The notes beneath the pieces are model-generated. The model worked only from the letters and a program-made list of their open reading frames with translations. It did not search any database and was not told the DNA's origin. This document shows, one piece after another, positions 1 through 9,047 of a stretch of 61,606 bases of DNA. The position numbers and the translations under genes were made by a program. Numbering within the stretch: the stretch's first letter is position 1; each line of letters begins with the position of its first letter. Source of the stretch: Elusimicrobiota bacterium (GTDB lineage Bacteria; Elusimicrobiota; Elusimicrobia; UBA1565; UBA9628); contig DAHVWT010000002.1 in NCBI GenBank assembly GCA_027327915.1, positions 1 through 61,606 of the forward strand, in the 5' to 3' direction.

Positions 1-2
1 TC

Positions 3-767
3 AACAATACCATCAAGCGACGGCTCAACTGCCTGCGCCGTATCCTCGGCTACGCGAAGCGCAACGGCCTCATTAAAGACATCCTCGTCCTACCCATCAA
101 GGGCCTGCCGTCCGGCGACAGAAACAAAATTTGGCTCCGCCTGCTCCAGATCGATCATCTGCTGCAGCAATGCGCTCTGATCCACCCGATCCTGCCCCTG
201 CTCGTGCTGTTCCTCATTTTGACACGGGCGCGGATCGGAGAGGCACTCGACTTCCGCAAAGGCGATCTGCGCGGCGACAGGCTCTGGCTCCCCACCGAGA
301 AAAAGCGTGTCCCCATGCGCCAAGCCATGCGCGCGCTGGACGTCGCCAAGCTCGGCCCCAGATTCCCCGGGCTGATGCGGCAACTCAAGCCCAACGCCGC
401 CGGGTTTTACTTTTACGCCGAAAGCGACCGCCCCCTATCCTACTCTTATGCCTGCCACCTCTTCGACTTGGCGCGCACGGCAGCCGAGATTCCTCGCGCC
501 CGCATTCATGACCTCAGAAGGACCGGCAACATGCACGCGGCTATCAACGGCAGCACCTTCTGGGAGCTCAAGTCCTTCCTGGGCCAGGAGGACGCGGCCT
601 CGATTCAGTGGTACTTGGACCAGGGCCAACTCTTCGATCCCGCGGAGTCGATCTTCCACGACCCCTCCAAAAACGCGACCACGAACGGCTCTGCCGGACA
701 AAACGGACTCCAAACAGGGCACATTTTGTCGGATAATTCCGTCAGCGGGGCGGGAAAGACCTCATGA
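3..767 (+). CDS. Tyrosine recombinase/integrase, 5'-truncated by the window edge
   Basis: Frame is open from nt 3 (NNTIKRRLNCLRRILGYAKRNGLI...). Box I-like LTRARIGEAL, box II-like RIHDLRRT...LGQ...IQWY with catalytic Tyr. Lies next to a tRNA fragment. Confidence 0.85.
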   Translation, partial: NNTIKRRLNCLRRILGYAKRNGLIKDILVLPIKGLPSGDRNKIWLRLLQIDHLLQQCALIHPILPLLVLFLILTRARIGEALDFRKGDLRGDRLWLPTEKKRVPMRQAMRALDVAKLGPRFPGLMRQLKPNAAGFYFYAESDRPLSYSYACHLFDLARTAAEIPRARIHDLRRTGNMHAAINGSTFWELKSFLGQEDAASIQWYLDQGQLFDPAESIFHDPSKNATTNGSAGQNGLQTGHILSDNSVSGAGKTS

Positions 768-838
768 TCACGAGCGAAAAACTCAGGAATTCGCTAAACT
801 TTACTGACGCTACCTGGAGGGCGTGGGCACCGTGAGCG

Positions 839-888
839 AGCGGTCTGCAAAACCGTTATTCGCGGGTTCGAATCCCGCTCGCACCTCC
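839..888 (+). pseudogene. tRNA-Cys(GCA) 3' half; probable att site of an integrated element
   Basis: Anticodon arm GCGGT-CTGCAAA-ACCGT (840-856), T arm GCGGG-TTCGAAT-CCCGC (862-878), acceptor 3' strand TCGCACC plus U73 discriminator. The matching 5' strand (GGTGCGA/G) and a D arm are absent. Confidence 0.8.
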
Positions 889-979
889 GCTTCAGGATTC
901 TCCCAGGCCTTGGGGCGTCAACGACTTCCGGCCTACCCACCTACCCAGGTGATGAACTCGATTCCACCGAGTAGAGCTT

Positions 980-1681
980 TTATTTCCGTTCAAAAACCAG
1001 GACGTATTGATACGGCAGTTTCGTGTACGGCGGGATTTGCCGGTATCCGGCCTCGATAAATTCGGAGGCGACCTCTCTCTCAAGGAGCTTCATCCCGGGA
1101 GGAGGGCCGACGGGAAGGAGGCCCGGCTTGAAGTCCACGATCGCGACGCGGCCTCCGGGCTTCAAGGCCGACAGGAGCTTGCGCGCGTAGTCGACGCGGC
1201 CCTCGACATGGTGCCAAGCGTCGACGATCAAGACGAGGTCGCAGGAACGCGGCGGCAGCCGCGGCTCCCGCGCGGAGCCCAGCACGGGAACGACGTTCGC
1301 ATACCCTTGCTTATCCGCGCGGTCGCGCAGCCATCGGACCATGTCCGGCTCGACGTCCGTCGCGTAGACGACGCCGCCAGGAGCCACCGCCGAGGCGAGG
1401 CGCACGACGAAGTAGCCCGTCCCGGCGCCGACGTCGGCGACCGCCATCCCGGGCCTGACGCCCAGCGCGGCGAGGAGATCCGCGGGCTTCTGCCAGGCGT
1501 CCCGGTCCGGAGAGTCGAAGGCGGCCGCCCAGCGCGCGGCGTCCGCAAAGCCCTGGTGATGCCCCTGGTGGCCGTGGGCCCCGGGATGGCTGCCGATAGC
1601 CGCGGTCGACACGGCCATGTCCGCCGCCATGCCGACGCGCGCCGCGGATAAAACGAGCGCGGCGGCCGCTTCGATCAACAT
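980..1681 (-). CDS. Class I SAM-dependent methyltransferase, possibly exported
   Basis: VADVGAGTGYF motif I; RDAWQKP motif; hydrophobic N-terminus followed by a His-rich stretch. Confidence 0.85.
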   Translation of the reverse strand: MLIEAAAALVLSAARVGMAADMAVSTAAIGSHPGAHGHQGHHQGFADAARWAAAFDSPDRDAWQKPADLLAALGVRPGMAVADVGAGTGYFVVRLASAVAPGGVVYATDVEPDMVRWLRDRADKQGYANVVPVLGSAREPRLPPRSCDLVLIVDAWHHVEGRVDYARKLLSALKPGGRVAIVDFKPGLLPVGPPPGMKLLEREVASEFIEAGYRQIPPYTKLPYQYVLVFERK

Positions 1682-1702
1682 CCCCGTTCGACGCCTCGGC
1701 GG

Positions 1703-3013
1703 CTAGCGACGGCTCAGGGGACGGCTCGCGCCGCCGCGAAGCGGCGCTTGGGGCGGCGAATCGGATGACGGCGTTAGGTCATCGGCGGTGGCGGGCTTCC
1801 CCTTCGAGTAGAGAGCGTCGAAGTCGGACTGGAATGCCGCGATCGTCTTGGGGTCCGTCTCGTAGACCGCGTTCTCGAAGTTGCTGAAGGCGGCGCCGTT
1901 CGTGTAGTTATAAGAACCCGTCTCCAGCATCTGGCCGTCGAAGATGCCGAACTTGTCGTGCATGACGCCGTTGCCGCTGATGCCGGAGAGGATTTTCACC
2001 TTGATGCCCGCGTCCAGGAGGGTTTTCCCGACCGAATAGGACGCCTCCGATTTGTCGAGGAGAAAGCGAACGGCGACGCCGCGGTTTTCGGCCTCGACCA
2101 GCGCCTCGGCAACGGGCTTGGAGGTGAAGGCAAACATGGCGATGTCGATCGTCGATTGCGAGGCTTTGATCAAGTCCACGAGCCGGTAGGTCGTCGCTCC
2201 CTTGGGCGAGAAGGTCGCGGCCGGATACTTCTGCCCCTTGAAGTAGCGCACGGAGGCATAGCCCGACGGCGGCTTGCCCAGGTCCGGCGATGAGATGCCG
2301 TGCGCGGCTTCCTGGATCGTGCTGGCCGACGACCACATCCAATTCCAGTAGCCGGCGAACGACTTCACCAAGCCGGGGTCGCCGCGGAAGATGACATTGT
2401 TGTAATCCGCCGTGTTGGAGTTCTCGCTCCAGTTCATCGAGCCGGTCTCAAGGAGGCGGCCGTCGAAAACGGCGAACTTGTTGTGCTGGATGCCGTAAGT
2501 GTTGAACCCCCGGATGACGCGGACGTCGACGCCGGCCTTGATGAGAGCCTGCAAGGGGCCCTCCCGGACGCCGGCATCGTGATTGGGGAACGCATAGGAG
2601 TAGTCCATGAGAATCTGGACGTTCACGCCGCGCTGGTGCGCCGCGATGAACGCCCGGGCGACATTGTCGAGATCGAGCTCGTAGAGGGCCGCCTGGATCG
2701 AGCTTCGGGCGCCGTCAATCGTCCGCGCGATGACGGACGAAATGTCGGTGCCGGTCCCGGTGAAATAATTCGCCGTCCCCCCGGGGACGGAGGCGGCGCG
2801 CGGGGCGGCGGCCGCGGCACGCCGCAGGCCCTGAGCCGTGCCGAAACGGACGGCCCCCGAGGCCATCCCGTTGAGCGTCCGGACATCGGCCATCCCCGGC
2901 CATGAGATGTCTCCGGCCGGAGATGAAAGTGGCGCCGACAGCGTCAGCGACACGACGAACGCCAGACTTCCCAACGCGCCTGGACGGCGCTTATAAGATT
3001 TCATAACTCCCAC
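1703..3013 (-). CDS. Secreted phospholipase D/Nuc-like protein with two PLD domains
   Basis: Two HKD motifs (QHNKFAVFD...GSMNWS and MHDKFGIFD...GSYNYT); signal-peptide-like N-terminus. Confidence 0.9.
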   Translation of the reverse strand: MGVMKSYKRRPGALGSLAFVVSLTLSAPLSSPAGDISWPGMADVRTLNGMASGAVRFGTAQGLRRAAAAAPRAASVPGGTANYFTGTGTDISSVIARTIDGARSSIQAALYELDLDNVARAFIAAHQRGVNVQILMDYSYAFPNHDAGVREGPLQALIKAGVDVRVIRGFNTYGIQHNKFAVFDGRLLETGSMNWSENSNTADYNNVIFRGDPGLVKSFAGYWNWMWSSASTIQEAAHGISSPDLGKPPSGYASVRYFKGQKYPAATFSPKGATTYRLVDLIKASQSTIDIAMFAFTSKPVAEALVEAENRGVAVRFLLDKSEASYSVGKTLLDAGIKVKILSGISGNGVMHDKFGIFDGQMLETGSYNYTNGAAFSNFENAVYETDPKTIAAFQSDFDALYSKGKPATADDLTPSSDSPPQAPLRGGASRPLSRR

Positions 3014-3095
3014 GAGAATACTAGAATCTTCCCGCTAGACCAAGGGCCAAAAGGCTAGACATCGCTGGGACCAAAGGGCCCAGAATCTCTTTGTT

Positions 3096-4727
3096 ATGGA
3101 ATCACTCTCTCGACGTCACCCCTCCTTCCTCTATATAGGCATCGCGGCCTTGGGATTGCTGGTTTTCTCCGGCTTGGGGACCGCCTTCATACGCGCCTCC
3201 GGCCCGACCTACGACGAGCCTGTCCACCTTGCCGCCGGCTACACCGACATCGTCGACGGCCGCTACAGGCTCAACGCGCGCGACCATCCGCCCTTCGGGG
3301 AGATGTGGGCATCCTTGCCCCTCCTGGGAATGCGCCTCCGAAGCTTTCGGCAAAGCGCCGATTGGCTGCGGGGGCGCGACCAATATAATTACGCCGACCT
3401 CTTCCTTTATCGCAACGATATCCCCGCCGACCAGCTGCTCAATACGGCTCGGACGTGGAGCCTGATCACCTGGGGAGCCCTGCTGGCGCTGGGGCTGGCG
3501 GAGTGGTCGTCAAGGCTTTGGGGGGCTTCCGGAGCGGCCTGGGCCATGCTCTTTTTCGCCTTCTCCCCCCCTCTCATCTCAAACGCTTCCTTGGTCACGA
3601 CGGATATGCCCGCGGCGGCGCTTTATTTCGCGACTTTTTGGGTTCTCTCCCGGCGCCCGAGGAAGACGGCCGTCTGGGCGGCCGCCGGGGCCGCGATGGG
3701 CCTGGCTCTGGCGTCCAAATTCTCGATGCCCGTCCTTCCCCTGGCGGTCCTTGTCTGCCTCTTGAGCGAGCGCAAGCTGCGAGCGGAGAGTCCTTCCCGG
3801 CGTTCCTGGCTCCTGATGGGCGCCGTCGCTCTTTTCATCGTCGCCGCGGTCTATCGTTTCCGTTACCTGCCGCTTTACTTCGACGGCCTCGCGGCGACCT
3901 CGCGCCGCATCAACGAAGGCCGCAGCTCCTTCCTCTGGGGGAGCTACTCGACGACGGGAAGCCTCCTCTATTTTCCCCTGGCCCTTCTCATCAAGACCCC
4001 GCTTCCGGCCTTGGCCTTCGCCGCGCTGGGCCTGGCGCTTTGGCTTGGCGCGCCCGACGCCGAGGGCCTTTGGCGCGTCTTTCCGGCGTTCGCCTATTTC
4101 ATTCCCGCTCTCTTCTCCAAAACCCAGATCGGCTATCGCCACATCCTCCCCGTCTACCCTTTCCTCGTCCTCTGGGCCGCTCACGGCGGGACGTGGCTCT
4201 GGAGGCGCGCCCGGCCCTGGCGCGCGGCCGCGGCGGCGATGGCGGTCTGGCTCATCATCGGGGTCTTGCGCGTGTCCCCCTACCAACTGGCCTACTTCAA
4301 CGAGCTGGCGGGAGGGCCGGCGGGAGGATACCGATTCCTGGCCGACTCCAATCTCGATTGGGGGCAGGACCTCAAAGCCCTGGCGGCGGAACTCCGCCGC
4401 CTCGGGAATCCTCCCGTTCTTTTGGCCTATTTCGGCGTCGGCGACCCAAGCTACTACGGCATCCACTATCTTCCTATGGGAGTCGTCACGAATGTCGATT
4501 CCTCCCGCCGTCGCGGCGACACGCCCCTCGACTATCCCTGGCGCTACGTCGCCGTGAGCGAGACGAATCTCCAGGGGGTCTACTATGTGGACAAGAAGGC
4601 CTTCTCCTGGCTCAAGGACTTAAAGCCCATCGCTCGCCCCGGATGGTCCATGTTCCTCTACGACCTCAAGGGGCGCCCCGAGGCGCAGAAAAAGCTTGCC
4701 GCCATGCTGGGCTTGCGGAGACGCTGA
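3096..4727 (+). CDS. GT-C fold membrane glycosyltransferase (GT39/ArnT-like)
   Basis: TYDEPVH, DHPP, TTD, ASKFS and DSNLDWGQ motifs; many transmembrane segments. Confidence 0.8.
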   Translation: MESLSRRHPSFLYIGIAALGLLVFSGLGTAFIRASGPTYDEPVHLAAGYTDIVDGRYRLNARDHPPFGEMWASLPLLGMRLRSFRQSADWLRGRDQYNYADLFLYRNDIPADQLLNTARTWSLITWGALLALGLAEWSSRLWGASGAAWAMLFFAFSPPLISNASLVTTDMPAAALYFATFWVLSRRPRKTAVWAAAGAAMGLALASKFSMPVLPLAVLVCLLSERKLRAESPSRRSWLLMGAVALFIVAAVYRFRYLPLYFDGLAATSRRINEGRSSFLWGSYSTTGSLLYFPLALLIKTPLPALAFAALGLALWLGAPDAEGLWRVFPAFAYFIPALFSKTQIGYRHILPVYPFLVLWAAHGGTWLWRRARPWRAAAAAMAVWLIIGVLRVSPYQLAYFNELAGGPAGGYRFLADSNLDWGQDLKALAAELRRLGNPPVLLAYFGVGDPSYYGIHYLPMGVVTNVDSSRRRGDTPLDYPWRYVAVSETNLQGVYYVDKKAFSWLKDLKPIARPGWSMFLYDLKGRPEAQKKLAAMLGLRRR

Positions 4728-4728
4728 C

Positions 4729-7700
4729 ATGATCGCCGCCCAAGACCCCGTCATCGACCCGTTGCGCCGCCAACTGCGCTCGCGGATCGACCGGTGGGCC
4801 CGCGAGCTCGCGTGGGCCCGATTGCTCGACGGAGGCGCGCGTCTCGCCGCTGACGTTGTGATCGCGCTCGCCCTGATCGCGCTCGCCGCGCGCCTTCTTC
4901 CCATGCCTCCCTGGGCGCGCTGGGGCGTTTTCCTCGCCGGCCTGGCGGGCCTTGGGACAGGCGCCCGTCGCCTTCTCCTTAAGCCGTGGCTTGCCTCGAA
5001 CTCCTCCGCCGCCATCACCTTGGCCGAGGAGGCCTACCCCGACCTACGGGAATACCTGAGGAGCGCTTGGGACCTCGCCCAAAAGACGCCGCCGCGCTCG
5101 TCCAGCGACCTCCGCGGCCTCCACATCGGCCAGACTGTCGAGGCCCTTTCGGTGCTCCCTCATCGCCCCCTGGCTCCCCTTGGCTTGCGGCTTCCGACGC
5201 GGCGGTCCCTTCTGGCGGCCGCGCCGGCCCTGTTGGCCCTCGCCCGCCTCGCGCCGGGAATCTCCTGGCGGACCCTCCTGTGCCCCTGGACGGCGCCAAG
5301 CCTCGAAGCGATCCTAGCGATTCGGCCCGGTGACGTCGTCGTCAACGAGGGGGGCTCGGCCCGCGTTTCGGCGTCATGGAAGCGAAGTTCTCCCATCGCG
5401 CAGGACGAGGCCGGCCTCGGGCTGTGGGTCCGCGACGGAGGAACCTGGCGGCGCCGCGATTGGTCCGCGAAACGGCCGGGCGAGCTTGCTCGTGATTTTT
5501 CATCCATCTCGCGCCCTTTCGATTACGAACTTCGCTGGCAAGGAATCGCAAGCCGCCGCTATGCGATACTCTTGGCCGCGCCGCCGCGCTTCAAATCCGT
5601 GTCCGTCGCCGTCGTCCGCCGCGGCCGCACGGCCGAGCGCCCGCTCGAGGCGGGGGAAACTCTCGTGGCGGCGAAGGGGAGCGCCTTGCGCTTCGTGGGG
5701 CTTCCGGACGGCGACATCTCGTCGGCGGAGCTTGCCGTTTCGGGAGAACCAGCCCCCTTGAGGATGCGGCGCGCCGGCGGGGCCTTCAAGGCCGAGATCC
5801 GCGCCCTTCGGGATGAAACCTTCTCCTTCCGCCTCCGCTCTCCCGACGGCCGGCGCAATCCCGACCCCCTCCAGTACGCCCTCAAAGTCGTCGCGGATCA
5901 TCCCCCCTCCATCGAGCTCCTCTGGCCCGATCGGCCTCTCGCCGCCCAGCCCGGCGCCAAGATCCAGATCCTTTACCGCGCCGCGGATGATTTCGGCCTC
6001 CGCGATATAGCGCTTCTCATCGAGGCGCCCGGACGGACTCGCGAAACGCGCCCCATCACCCTATTTAAGGAGGAGAAGTTGAGCGTCCTGGACGAATATT
6101 CCTGGGACCTGAAGGGGCTCCCCGCGGGAGAGATCGGCTTCCAGCTCGAGGCGGTCGACGACGCCGGGCAGAAAAGCCTCTCGTCGAAGGGCCTGCTCCG
6201 GGTCGTCGATTTCGCGGCGCGCCATGAGCGCTCGACGGCCCTTCTCAAGGAAGCCGCCGGCCGCGTGGAGACCCTCTCCCAAGCGGCTTCGCGGGCCGCC
6301 AGAGACTTCGAAAGCAACAAGACGCCGTCCGCTCGGATCGACGAAACCAAATTCCTCCAAAGCTACGACGGGGCGGAGGAGGCGATGAAGGCTCTGTCCC
6401 GCGCCTTGCTTTCGGATCCCTACGCCCGCCCCGAATTCCGGGAGCAGGCTCAATCCCTCGCCGCCCAATTTTCCTCCCTCCACTCCGACGCGGCGGCGGC
6501 CTCGGCGGCGGGCGCGGCCGGGAATTTCAATGCGGCGCGGGACACCCTGGAGCCGGTCCAAGGACTCGCGAACAAGACCCTGGCCGCTCTCCAGGCCGCG
6601 CAGAACGCCGAAAGCTTGGACCAATGGAGGGAAGGCCTAAAAAATATCCAAGACACATCCCGCGCGCTCGCGGACGAGATCGCTCGCCTGGGCGCCTCTG
6701 AGAAGACGTCTCGCGGGACGCCCGAATCACGCGCCCGCCTCGACGAGATTCTCGCGCGGCTGCGCCGGGAAATGGCGGCTCTCGCTGCAACCATCTCAAA
6801 ACTACCCCAGGCCACCGCGGCCTCGGCGGCGGGAAACAGCGTCCAGCCCCTTCCTCTCCGCGAGGCCCTGCGGGGCTTCTCGGATCTCGAGAAGGCTCTC
6901 GCCGCCGGGGATCTCTCTCGTGCCGAGGCGCTCGCCAAGCGGCTGTCCCAAAGCCTCGCGGAGATCGACAAAACGCTCGCTCGGGCTTCTCCTATCGGAG
7001 GCTCCAGCGGATGGGCGGAACAGGAAAAAGCCCGGCTGGCCGCCGTCGAGGCCTCATGGTCGGCGGCCGAACGGGCCCAGGAGAAGGCGGTCGCCGCGGC
7101 GCAGGGGCCGTCCCAGTCCAGGCTTTCCCAGCTCGTCAAAGCGGAGGGCGATCTCCTCAAGGACCTCGCCGCAAGGCAAGGCCTGATCGTCTCCTCGGCG
7201 GAGGCTCGCGGCCCCTGGATGCCCCCGGCTCCCCTCCTGCGGATGCGCGGGGTGCTCGCGGAACTTCAAAGCGGGCACATCGACCGCGCCCCCGCCTTCC
7301 TCTCCGGCGCGATCCAGGAATTGCGCTACCTTGGGGCCGTGAGGGCGTCTTCGCGCAAGGACTTCGGATGGTACGCGGGCGAAGAGGAGAAGATCGCCAA
7401 GGCTCTCGACCTGGGCCCCTCCCTCCCTCCCGAGAAGGCCAATCCGGGAACCGAGGAAGCCAAGCGCCAAGGAGGCCAATCGGGCGCCAAGATGGGCGAA
7501 CTGATGAGCGGCCTTCAAGCCCTCGACGCCTCCTCCGGCGGCGCCTTCGTGCGGTCCCTCGAAGGCGCTCGGCGCGCCAACGACGAGGAGAAAAGATCCT
7601 TAAAGGCCCTCTCAAGGCCCGATTCCCGCTCGGCGCTCGATCACGCGGCGTCTTCCCTGGCCGAGCTTCAACGCGCCAAGCGCGGCTTCGACAAGGCGGC

Positions 7701-7941
7701 TGAACGCGAGCTCTCATTTCTCAAGCGGGTCGCGCCGGGGCCGATGCCGGGGGCCTCCGGCGGGGTTTTCATGCTGGGAGGGAACTCGGGCGTCTATGAA
7801 GGCCCCGTGCGTCTTCCCTCGGTCGACGAATACCAGCCTCCCAAGGAGCTCCGTCAGGAACTCGAGGAGTCCATGAAAGAAAAGCGCCCGGCCCTCTACG
7901 ACAGCCTCATCAAATCCTACTTCCGCCGCATCTCCGAATGA
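4729..7941 (+). CDS. Large membrane-anchored Ig-like/coiled-coil protein (DUF4175-like)
   Basis: N-terminal TM helices, DHPPSI...AADDFGL motif, long helical region, C-terminal YDSLIKSYFRRI. ATG lies 1 nt after the upstream stop. Confidence 0.65.
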   Translation: MIAAQDPVIDPLRRQLRSRIDRWARELAWARLLDGGARLAADVVIALALIALAARLLPMPPWARWGVFLAGLAGLGTGARRLLLKPWLASNSSAAITLAEEAYPDLREYLRSAWDLAQKTPPRSSSDLRGLHIGQTVEALSVLPHRPLAPLGLRLPTRRSLLAAAPALLALARLAPGISWRTLLCPWTAPSLEAILAIRPGDVVVNEGGSARVSASWKRSSPIAQDEAGLGLWVRDGGTWRRRDWSAKRPGELARDFSSISRPFDYELRWQGIASRRYAILLAAPPRFKSVSVAVVRRGRTAERPLEAGETLVAAKGSALRFVGLPDGDISSAELAVSGEPAPLRMRRAGGAFKAEIRALRDETFSFRLRSPDGRRNPDPLQYALKVVADHPPSIELLWPDRPLAAQPGAKIQILYRAADDFGLRDIALLIEAPGRTRETRPITLFKEEKLSVLDEYSWDLKGLPAGEIGFQLEAVDDAGQKSLSSKGLLRVVDFAARHERSTALLKEAAGRVETLSQAASRAARDFESNKTPSARIDETKFLQSYDGAEEAMKALSRALLSDPYARPEFREQAQSLAAQFSSLHSDAAAASAAGAAGNFNAARDTLEPVQGLANKTLAALQAAQNAESLDQWREGLKNIQDTSRALADEIARLGASEKTSRGTPESRARLDEILARLRREMAALAATISKLPQATAASAAGNSVQPLPLREALRGFSDLEKALAAGDLSRAEALAKRLSQSLAEIDKTLARASPIGGSSGWAEQEKARLAAVEASWSAAERAQEKAVAAAQGPSQSRLSQLVKAEGDLLKDLAARQGLIVSSAEARGPWMPPAPLLRMRGVLAELQSGHIDRAPAFLSGAIQELRYLGAVRASSRKDFGWYAGEEEKIAKALDLGPSLPPEKANPGTEEAKRQGGQSGAKMGELMSGLQALDASSGGAFVRSLEGARRANDEEKRSLKALSRPDSRSALDHAASSLAELQRAKRGFDKAAERELSFLKRVAPGPMPGASGGVFMLGGNSGVYEGPVRLPSVDEYQPPKELRQELEESMKEKRPALYDSLIKSYFRRISE

Positions 7942-9047
7942 TCCCCCGCATCCCCTCTCAAGCCCGCCCCTTGCTCCGCCGCGTCGCGGGGAAAGCCGGG
8001 GATCTCGGGCTCCCCCTCTTCGCGGTCGGCGGCTGCGTGCGCGACTGGCTTCTGGGACGACCGACGCTGGACGTCGACCTCGTCGTCGAAGGCGACCCCG
8101 GGCCTCTGGCCGAATGGGCGGCCGGGGCTTTTGGGGCGCGGGCCGAATCCTTCGGGCAGTTCGGGACTTGGCGGCTCCTCAAGGCCGGCTGGCGGCTCGA
8201 TTTCGCCCGGGCGAGGCGCGAGGAATACCCCAAGCCCGCCGCGTTGCCGCTCGTCGCCCCCGCGCCGATCGCGGAGGACCTCCTGCGCCGGGACTTCACG
8301 ATCAACGCCCTGGCGCTCCCGCTAGGCCCCCGAAACGAGGGAGAGCTTCTCGACCCGGCCGCGGGCTTGGCGGACTTGCGCGGACGCGTCCTGCGGGCCC
8401 TGCACGCGGAGAGCTTCCGCGACGATCCGACGAGAGTCTTCCGGGCGGCGCGCTTCGTTTCACGGCTCAAGCTCAAACCCGCCCCGGGGCTGTGGACCAT
8501 GGCCCGGGAAAGCCTGCGCCAGGGATGCCCCGGCCTCCTCTCCCGAGCCCGGCTGCTTCACGAGCTCTGGCGCATCCTTGAGGAAAAAGACCCGGAACGA
8601 CCCTTAAAAATCCTGGCGCGGCTGGGATACCTCGACGTGGTTTATCAAGGACTCAAGCCGCCGCCGGCCGCGCTGCACGCCCCGGGGGAGCGCCTGGGCG
8701 CCATGGCCTTGAGATTGGGGCCGCGCGGCAAGGATTGCCTGGCATCGCTTCCTCTCGACAAGTCCTTGGCGCTCGAGCTCCGCGAGACCTTGGAGGTCGC
8801 CTGCCATCGGCGCAGTCCCAGAAGGGCGCTTCCCCGGCCCAGCCTCGCGATCTTACGGACGGCTTTCCCCCGGCTGCCACGGGCGGCCCTGCGCCCCCTC
8901 TTCATCGACGGCGAGGATCTGCGCGCGCTCGGGATGGCTCCCGGCAAGGCCTTCGGCGAAGCCCTCGACGACGCGGCCAGGGCTCAATGGCGGGGACTCA
9001 TCCGTTCCCGTGCCGAAGCGCTTCGCTGGCTTAAGAACCGGCTTTAA
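7938..9047 (+). CDS. cca: tRNA nucleotidyltransferase (CCA/A-adding, class II)
   Basis: VGGCVRD...DVDL, EDLLRRDFTINA and SFRDDPTRVFRAARF motifs. Confidence 0.85.
   Translation: MIPRIPSQARPLLRRVAGKAGDLGLPLFAVGGCVRDWLLGRPTLDVDLVVEGDPGPLAEWAAGAFGARAESFGQFGTWRLLKAGWRLDFARARREEYPKPAALPLVAPAPIAEDLLRRDFTINALALPLGPRNEGELLDPAAGLADLRGRVLRALHAESFRDDPTRVFRAARFVSRLKLKPAPGLWTMARESLRQGCPGLLSRARLLHELWRILEEKDPERPLKILARLGYLDVVYQGLKPPPAALHAPGERLGAMALRLGPRGKDCLASLPLDKSLALELRETLEVACHRRSPRRALPRPSLAILRTAFPRLPRAALRPLFIDGEDLRALGMAPGKAFGEALDDAARAQWRGLIRSRAEALRWLKNRL

Larger units (their letters stand above)
1..888. mobile_element. Right end of an integrative element/genomic island inserted at tRNA-Cys
   Basis: Integrase gene pointing at a displaced tRNA 3' fragment; the element would extend beyond the left edge. 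Confidence 0.65.

Noticed and set aside
814-889. Intact tRNA-Cys gene
   Set aside because: No 5' acceptor strand complementary to TCGCACC and no D arm; treated as a 3' fragment.
932-947. Tandem CCTACCCA x2 after the tRNA fragment
   Set aside because: Too short to distinguish from chance.
1703-3013. PLD nuclease as an anti-phage defence gene
   Set aside because: It has a signal peptide, lies outside the att boundary and has no helicase or DNA methylase partner; the adjacent methyltransferase is a small-molecule type.
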